Origin: Candidatus Hermodarchaeota archaeon | GTDB lineage: Archaea > Asgardarchaeota > Heimdallarchaeia > Hodarchaeales > Hodarchaeaceae | Direction of reading: 5' to 3' | DNA length: 32,000 nt | Assembly (NCBI GenBank): GCA_048886185.1 | Contig: JBHLKY010000005.1 | Span: 60,001-92,000 of the forward strand | Shown here: positions 25,745 to 32,000 of the stretch, one piece after another | How the letters are laid out: every line of letters starts with the position of its first letter | Numbering within the stretch: position 1 is the stretch's first letter | Notes under the pieces: model-generated | Told to the model about the DNA's origin: nothing | Database searches by the model: none | The model's input: the letters and a program-made list of their open reading frames with translations, nothing else | Position numbers and translations under genes: made by a program

Positions 25745-26824
25745 ATGGTGATCAATAAAATGCCTTATGAAGTAAATGAAACATTTCTAGCAAAATTGGT
25801 AACAACCCCCAGAGCCACAGGTTACGAATTAACAGCTCAGCGAGGAATAAAAGAGTATCTTAAAAAGAAAGTAGATAAAATATATGGGGATCGTGTTGGG
25901 AATCTCTACGCTGTTCTCAATCCCGATAGTCCTTTTAAAATCATGTTAGCTGGACATATTGATCAAATTGGCTTTCAAATAACTCATATTGATAAAAATG
26001 GTTATTTATGGTTTTTACCCCTTGGGGGTTTCGATGTTACTACATTACCAGGGAAAAGAGTGAAAGTCAATGGAGAAAAGGGGATTATTCCTGGTCTTAT
26101 AGGAAAGAAAGCTATTCATCTAATGAAACCTGAAGAAAGGAAAAAAGCACCTGAAATGGAAAAATTATTCATTGATATTGGTTGTACTACTAAAGAAGAA
26201 GCCAAAAAAAAGGTTGATATAGGAGACTTTGCTGTTTTTGACTATGGATTTCAAAAGCTTGGAGACCACAACTTTGTGGTCGCAGCTGGTTTTGATGATG
26301 CTATTGGTGCATTTATTGTTGCTGAAGTTATGAAAGAATTGTCAAAAAACAAAGAATTTTATGCTGGAGTTTATGGAGTATCTACAGTTCAAGAAGAGAT
26401 AGGCTTACGAGGAGCAGTTGTAGCTGCTAGGGCTATACAACCTCAGATTGGTATTGCATTTGATGTTGGTCATGCAGCAGACTCACCTGAAATTAAGAAA
26501 AAATTAGTAGGTGATACTAAACTCGGTAGCGGGCCGATAATCGTAAGAGGACCAAATATTAATCCTATACTATACCAAAGATTGATTGATATTGCAGAGA
26601 ATAATAAAATACCTTACCAAAAGAAAGCTTGGCATCGAGGAACTGGAACTGATGCTAATGCCATCCAACTAACAGGAGCAGCAACAGCTTTAATTGCGAT
26701 TCCTAATCGATACATGCATACTGCTTCAGAAGTCATCAGCCTTGATGATGTGAAAAATATTGTAACATTAACCGTTGAATTCATAAGATCCGTGATTGAG
26801 GCAGATACTTTCATTCCGCTATGA
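25745..26824 (+). CDS. M42 family (TET-like) aminopeptidase
   Basis: GHIDQIG, FLPLGG, LFIDIG, GFDD, QEEIGLRGA, AFDV, GTGTDA, RYMHTASE. Confidence 0.93.
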   Translation: MVINKMPYEVNETFLAKLVTTPRATGYELTAQRGIKEYLKKKVDKIYGDRVGNLYAVLNPDSPFKIMLAGHIDQIGFQITHIDKNGYLWFLPLGGFDVTTLPGKRVKVNGEKGIIPGLIGKKAIHLMKPEERKKAPEMEKLFIDIGCTTKEEAKKKVDIGDFAVFDYGFQKLGDHNFVVAAGFDDAIGAFIVAEVMKELSKNKEFYAGVYGVSTVQEEIGLRGAVVAARAIQPQIGIAFDVGHAADSPEIKKKLVGDTKLGSGPIIVRGPNINPILYQRLIDIAENNKIPYQKKAWHRGTGTDANAIQLTGAATALIAIPNRYMHTASEVISLDDVKNIVTLTVEFIRSVIEADTFIPL

Positions 26825-26847
26825 GGAAAGAAAACCATTTAAAGCTC

Positions 26848-28356
26848 TTAAAATCCATAGAGTTTGGAATATTTCTCCTCTAAGTAGTTAATGAAATATT
26901 TTGGATTTATCTCTTCACCAGTTATTTTTTTAATGAGTTCAGGGGGATCATAAAGATTAACTGAAGAATGTACATTTTCAATTAACCAATCTATAATTGG
27001 TTTAAGTTCACCTTTCCGTATGAGGTCTTTATAATCTGTAATTTCTTTAGCCATTTGGGCCAATATTTGCGTATTATAGATATTACCCATTGTATATGAG
27101 GGGAAATAACTAAAACTGCCTCCTGACCAATGAATGTCTTGTAATACACCTTCAGAGTCATTTTCAATGTTTACGCCTAAATATTCTTTGTATTTTGAGT
27201 TCCACAATTCAGGAAGCTGATCTGTTGTTATTTTCCCAGATAATAGATCACGTTCAATTTCAAAACGAATAATTATGTGTAAACCATAAGTTACCTCATC
27301 TGCAGTAACCCGAATTTTAGAAGGTTTAACCTCATTGATTGCATGAACAAAAGGATCTAATTCAACCTCAGAGAAAATATCTCCAGTCATCTTTTTAAGT
27401 TGAGGAAGGTAAAACTCCCAAAATTCAAGGCTCCTACCAATAAGATTTTCGATGAATCGAGATTGAGATTCATGAATTCCATACGAGGCACTTTCTCCAA
27501 CAAATTGGTATTTGTATTTCTGTAAAAGATTTTGCTCGTACAAACCGTGACCAGCTTCATGAAGTACCGAATAAAAAGAATCAGAGAAATTTTCTTCATA
27601 ATAATGAGTAGTAATTCGGACATCGTCAAAATAACCTGTAGTGAATGGATGTTCAGTTTCATCTATTCTACCCCTTTCCAGGTCATAATGAACTAATTCC
27701 GCTATATTTTTGGACAATTTCTTTTGTATGCCAATAGGACAGTTTCGTTTAATGAGAGAGAGGTCTGGTTGTTTAGGGGATTTTACACATTTCTGAATAA
27801 TTGGTATTAGTCCCTCTTTTAGTTCATCAAACAATATTGTAAATTGAGATGAATTCATTCCAGGCTCATATTTTTCAACAAGAGCATCAAAAGGCTCCTT
27901 ATCTGGGTTTAGATAAAAAGCTTTCTTCTTCGTTAAATCGAGAATTTTATCAAGTTCAGGTTTGAATAATAAATAATTAGAGTCTTTTTTGGCTTTTTTC
28001 CAAGCAGCTATTGAGATTGGTATCTGTTTAGCTATGCTTTCCACTAGTTCCTTAGGAACCTTTGACTCCATCTTATGTTTCCGTTCTATCAGATAGATCT
28101 CCCTTTTCTCCTCTTCACTGAGAGAAGAATACTTTGGATGGTTTTTTATTTCTTTCACTAGTTCTCCTATCTTTGGATTCGCGATACGGCCATGTTTTAA
28201 TGACGCTATCATTGCTAGTTCTTCAGCACGCTGGTCGACTCCTTTTGTTGGCATATATGTCTCAAAATCCCAATCAAGGATGTATTCTATCTGTTGAAGT
28301 ACAAAATAATCATGAATCTCTTCTAGAAGATTATCGAAAGCATTTTGTATATCCAT
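26848..28356 (-). CDS. M32 family carboxypeptidase (Taq-type)
   Basis: HPF, DVRITT, HEAGH (HExxH), HESQ, IRVTADE, QDIHW, FPSY. Confidence 0.96.
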   Translation of the reverse strand: MDIQNAFDNLLEEIHDYFVLQQIEYILDWDFETYMPTKGVDQRAEELAMIASLKHGRIANPKIGELVKEIKNHPKYSSLSEEEKREIYLIERKHKMESKVPKELVESIAKQIPISIAAWKKAKKDSNYLLFKPELDKILDLTKKKAFYLNPDKEPFDALVEKYEPGMNSSQFTILFDELKEGLIPIIQKCVKSPKQPDLSLIKRNCPIGIQKKLSKNIAELVHYDLERGRIDETEHPFTTGYFDDVRITTHYYEENFSDSFYSVLHEAGHGLYEQNLLQKYKYQFVGESASYGIHESQSRFIENLIGRSLEFWEFYLPQLKKMTGDIFSEVELDPFVHAINEVKPSKIRVTADEVTYGLHIIIRFEIERDLLSGKITTDQLPELWNSKYKEYLGVNIENDSEGVLQDIHWSGGSFSYFPSYTMGNIYNTQILAQMAKEITDYKDLIRKGELKPIIDWLIENVHSSVNLYDPPELIKKITGEEINPKYFINYLEEKYSKLYGF

Positions 28357-28780
28357 TTAAAAAAACCTCAAACGAAATAATTTTCTATGAACAGATTTTT
28401 ACTTCTTCTGAAGATTATAAAAATTGGATTCAACAAATAAAACAAGTTTATTTTGTTGATAGATTTTAAATTAATGTTTCTTAAGTATTTAACACCTAAT
28501 GATTTATATAAATCTATTTTACAAAATTATAACTCTGAACTCATGATTTCAATAATATACATTTCACAATATACCCTGAATCTCCAAAGAATGGTTTGCT
28601 TGTTTGTAATTGAATATATCATTCATCATATATTAATTGGAAATATGTTTAATATCTATATGAACTACTAACCAATCCTCCTGAAAAATAATATAATATT
28701 ATAGCTAAAAGATGCTTTTAAATAGAACAAGATTCAAACTTAGTGAAAAAGTGCCATTTTTTTAATGAAGATGTCTACCT

Positions 28781-29968
28781 ATGGAAAATAATGAATGTTA
28801 CATTCTGAAATTGAAATGTACAAGTTGTAAAAAAGAATTTGATTGTAGTGAAAAACATACAGTGTGTGAATCTTGTGGGAAAGTTCTTTTTTCAATCTAT
28901 GACCTTGAAAAGGCGAAAGAACATCTAACAAAAGAAAGAATCCATAATCGAAGAAGTTACAATATATGGCGTTTACATGAAATTATGCCTGTAATTAACC
29001 ATAAGTTTCGTCTTACTTTAGGAGAGGGATGGACTCCACTAGTACATTTAAAGAATTCAGGAGAAAAATATGGGTTAAAGAATTTATTCCTTAAAGATGA
29101 AGGCCAAAATCCAACAGGAACATTCAAGAGTCGTGGGTTATGTGCTGCCGTATCCAAAGGCATTGAATTAGGAATCCAAAATTTCGCAATTCCAACTGCT
29201 GGAAATGCCGGTGCTGCTTTATCGGCTTATACATCATACATCAGAGTAAAATCACATATTTTTATGCCAGAAGATACTCCACAATTAATACAAAATCTGG
29301 TTGTAGCTCTAGGAGGTAATTTAGAAATTGTATCAGGCCTCATCACTGATGTTGCAGCCCGATGTACGCTTGCTGTAAACCAAAATAACTGGTTTGATGT
29401 CTCTACCCTAAAGGAACCTTATAGAGTTGAGGGAAAAAAAACCATGGCTTTCGAGGTTGTTGAGCAGCTTGATTGGAATATTCCTGATGTAATTGTATAT
29501 CCGACTGGAGGAGGAACAGGGATTGTAGGAATGTGGAAAGCTTTTGACGAATTAGAAGCCATCGGATTAATTGGATCAGATCGGCCAAGAATGGTAACTG
29601 TTCAATCATCAGGTTGTGCTCCTATTGTGAAAGCGTTTCAACAAAGACAAAAGAAAGCTGTTTACTGGGAAGAAGCTCAAACACTAGCGCCTGGTTTACG
29701 TATTCCTAAAGCAGTAGGGGACTATTTAATATTGAAAGCTATTTATGAATCAAAAGGTACTGCTGTTGCTATCAATGATGAAGATATTCTAACAGCAATG
29801 AAGACCCTCGCGTATACAGAGGGGATTCTACAGTCACCAGAGGGAGCAGCTACATATGCTGTGGTTCAAAAATTATTGGATTCGGGATTTGTTACCCCAT
29901 CTGAATCTATTATTCTATTCGGTACTGGATCAGGTTTTATTTATCCAGAATTATGGAATATTATCTAA
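28781..29968 (+). CDS. thrC: Threonine synthase
   Basis: N-terminal CxxC...CxxC, TLGEGWTPL, KDEGQNPTGTFKSRG (PLP lysine), TAGNAG, EGKKT, PTGGGTG, SPEGAA. Confidence 0.88.
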   Translation: MENNECYILKLKCTSCKKEFDCSEKHTVCESCGKVLFSIYDLEKAKEHLTKERIHNRRSYNIWRLHEIMPVINHKFRLTLGEGWTPLVHLKNSGEKYGLKNLFLKDEGQNPTGTFKSRGLCAAVSKGIELGIQNFAIPTAGNAGAALSAYTSYIRVKSHIFMPEDTPQLIQNLVVALGGNLEIVSGLITDVAARCTLAVNQNNWFDVSTLKEPYRVEGKKTMAFEVVEQLDWNIPDVIVYPTGGGTGIVGMWKAFDELEAIGLIGSDRPRMVTVQSSGCAPIVKAFQQRQKKAVYWEEAQTLAPGLRIPKAVGDYLILKAIYESKGTAVAINDEDILTAMKTLAYTEGILQSPEGAATYAVVQKLLDSGFVTPSESIILFGTGSGFIYPELWNII

Positions 29969-30067
29969 TCAATGAAAAATGATAAAGTTTTTCTGAAGGG
30001 GGATTAACATCTAATAAAAAGAATAGAAATTATAAAAACAACAGAAATAAAGAATTTTGACTGTTTT

Positions 30068-31357
30068 TTGGTGAAAAAAATGAATAAGGTAAGTATGAGT
30101 TCACTAGTAATATTTGGTGTACTAATAACTCTAAATCTTCTCAATCCAGTTAATGCCTCAGTTCAACTAGATATTCCAACTGAAGAAGAATATGTTTCTG
30201 GAACCATTACTAATCTCTTTTCAAATATGAGTTATGTGTGGATTCATACAAATGAAACCTCTCTACTATCTTTAATGATGTATAATGAGATCTACAATGT
30301 AGCACCTTTTTACCCGTTTTTTGGTCAATCTTTTAACGTAGCAAATGAATCATTCTTTGTTGGAACGGTAATAACAGGATTTGAATTATATCAAGATAGC
30401 AACTACAACAATATTCTTGATTCTAAAGAAGAATTAAGATATTATATTGCACTTAATGGATCTACTGGATTTTTACTACCACATGTAGAACGTAGCGTAA
30501 CTCGTACAGAACGAACTTATAAATGGAAAGTTGGATATTCGAATGTAGATGGATTTCTCTTTCCAGATTTAGATCTCACAAGAAATAAGAAAACAATTAT
30601 TGCGAATGTTAACCTCTCATATTCATTTAAGATTAACAGTAATTATTCTGAACTGAAATTAGCAATTGAAATGGGAGCTTGGGATGTCTATGAATATACA
30701 TTTAATTCCCAACCTCCCCCAGAAGAATTACGCTTACAAGATATTGACCTTACTAATTACAGTCTTTCAATATTATTTGGTACTACAGTTAGTAGTGAGA
30801 ATCCTATATCAATAACTTTAACAAATGAAACTACAGGTTTTTCTGACGCTACAATCATGGTAAATGATATTCCCATCTTCCAATCACTATTCAAGGACAC
30901 ATATGACCTCGGACTAGTCATATCCACTCACTCAGCCATAGCTATACCTGCAACTCCAGAAACACTTTATGATGAACAAGTGCTTTCTTGGCGTACCCCT
31001 CAGGAACTTTATACTTGGTGGGGATCATTCTTCTCGTCAATGAGTGATCTGACAATAATTCCTGCATTAGGAATTGAAGAAGTATCATTTTTATACAGAA
31101 TTTGTTATCCTATCTGGAATGGTGAACCATTCAGCCATGATCCAAGATATCGAGCACTTTTCAATGGTGTAATTTCTCCAAGACCAACACAGACTGATCA
31201 ACCGACTTCAGAACCAGAATCTAGTAGTGAATTAAGTGGGGAATCCAGTACTTTCTCTTCAACACCAATGATTCAAAGTACACCAAGCTTTCTAATTTCA
31301 AGCGTCCTTGTAATGGTTATTCTTGTCCCATGCTTAAGAAAGAAAAGCAAACTTTAA
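30068..31357 (+). CDS. Secreted/cell-surface protein with Ser/Thr-rich linker and C-terminal CTERM-like anchor
   Basis: N-terminal signal (basic residues, hydrophobic stretch, PVNA), many N-x-S/T sequons, linker PTQTDQPTSEPESSSELSGESST, then TPSF, hydrophobic helix and RKKSK. Confidence 0.82.
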   Translation: MVKKMNKVSMSSLVIFGVLITLNLLNPVNASVQLDIPTEEEYVSGTITNLFSNMSYVWIHTNETSLLSLMMYNEIYNVAPFYPFFGQSFNVANESFFVGTVITGFELYQDSNYNNILDSKEELRYYIALNGSTGFLLPHVERSVTRTERTYKWKVGYSNVDGFLFPDLDLTRNKKTIIANVNLSYSFKINSNYSELKLAIEMGAWDVYEYTFNSQPPPEELRLQDIDLTNYSLSILFGTTVSSENPISITLTNETTGFSDATIMVNDIPIFQSLFKDTYDLGLVISTHSAIAIPATPETLYDEQVLSWRTPQELYTWWGSFFSSMSDLTIIPALGIEEVSFLYRICYPIWNGEPFSHDPRYRALFNGVISPRPTQTDQPTSEPESSSELSGESSTFSSTPMIQSTPSFLISSVLVMVILVPCLRKKSKL

Positions 31358-31466
31358 TCAATTTTTTTCTCTTTTTATTCTAAAAAATTAATCAGATTTC
31401 AATCTTGTTCTTTCATAAAATTGGATATTGAGGTTCTAAACTTTTCTACAAATACTCAAGACCTTT

Positions 31467-31533
31467 AAAAGCTTAAAGCTTTTTTATTTCAGAATTTCGA
31501 AATTTTGAAATCTTTTTAAATAGGGATATCCCT
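31467..31533. promoter_or_regulatory. Cluster of palindromes around a TATA-like box upstream of the wHTH regulator
   Basis: AAAAGCT-TAA-AGCTTTT (31467-31483); ATTTCAGAATTTCGAAATTTTGAAAT (31486-31511, one mismatched pair); TTTTTAAATA (31513-31522); AGGGATATCCCT (31522-31533). Confidence 0.65.
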
Positions 31534-31556
31534 TAAGCTAAACTGAAGGAAATGTA

Positions 31557-32000
31557 ATGAGATCTTCTTTTGGTACAACTGATATATCAATTAATGCTTT
31601 AAGAGCCCAACTTTTTGATATATTTGCTAAATATTATGAAGAATACGGAATTCCAGGCCTCTGTGGCTGGATAGATACGTTGTTCCTTTTTGAAACACGA
31701 GACCCACATGGCCATCATTGGACACAAAGGTCAATTTCAAAACGATTAACTGAGCTTTTTCCGAATGGTAAATACCCAACCTCGATCTCTTCTATTAATC
31801 GAGCAATAAAGATAAATGAAAAATATGGTACTGTCTTAAAGGAGGGAACACATAATACTGGATATACATATACGGCGACAACAGGAACAGAAATGATTAC
31901 AAAAATTTTTGAAGGATTCATTGAGAAAACTAATGTCTGTATAAATGATTTACACCTACTCCTGATAAAATGTCAAGAATCAGATATGAATTTGAAAAAA
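31557..32000 (+). CDS. GbsR/MarR-like winged-helix transcriptional regulator, 3' end truncated by window edge
   Basis: Not in the ORF track. Manual translation: MRSSFG...LFDIFAKYYEEYGIPGLCGWI...WTQRSISKRL...TSISSINRAIKINEKYGTV...TGYTY. Open to the window end; GAAGGA upstream. Confidence 0.72.
   Translation, partial: MRSSFGTTDISINALRAQLFDIFAKYYEEYGIPGLCGWIDTLFLFETRDPHGHHWTQRSISKRLTELFPNGKYPTSISSINRAIKINEKYGTVLKEGTHNTGYTYTATTGTEMITKIFEGFIEKTNVCINDLHLLLIKCQESDMNLKK

Noticed and set aside
26614-29609. ORFs 26614-26838, 27387-27662, 28134-28469, 28453-28671, 28957-29163, 29403-29609
   Set aside because: Shadows of peptidase and thrC genes; 28453-28671 is low-complexity AT-rich divergent intergenic DNA.
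31715-31921. 68-aa minus-strand ORF
   Set aside because: Antisense to the open wHTH regulator frame starting at 31557.
1-32000. tRNA, rRNA, CRISPR arrays, IS elements
   Set aside because: No GC-rich cloverleaf or rRNA-like segments, no regularly spaced repeats, and no transposase motifs or terminal inverted repeats were seen by eye. tRNAscan-SE or Infernal would confirm.

Overview
AT-rich archaeal chromosomal window, most likely from an Asgard archaeon (Heimdallarchaeia-like). This assignment is inferred from a profilin-like gene, a tandem longin-like protein and a CTERM-anchored surface protein, not from any database search. About 28 coding regions can be supported. Housekeeping and metabolic genes: phosphohexomutase (partial), Gfo/Idh/MocA oxidoreductase, class I aminotransferase, O-methyltransferase, MfnA-type decarboxylase, MFS transporter, M42 and M32 peptidases, and threonine synthase. 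Signalling and regulatory genes: a REC-5xPAS protein without an output domain, an RHH-like protein and a GbsR/MarR-like regulator. There are also two tandem amino-DNA methyltransferases with no restriction nuclease and two apparent pseudo-enzymes (M50-like and alpha/beta hydrolase). The most unusual locus is 21.7-23.4 kb. A HipA/PI3K-like kinase gene has its Shine-Dalgarno sequence inside a hairpin that is spanned by a 12-codon uORF. About 40 nt encoding its catalytic loop is duplicated nearly exactly in an intergenic region about 1 kb away, directly behind a strong SD plus ATG. I saw no rRNA, tRNA, CRISPR array, transposase or integrase. All family calls are by motif recognition by eye.
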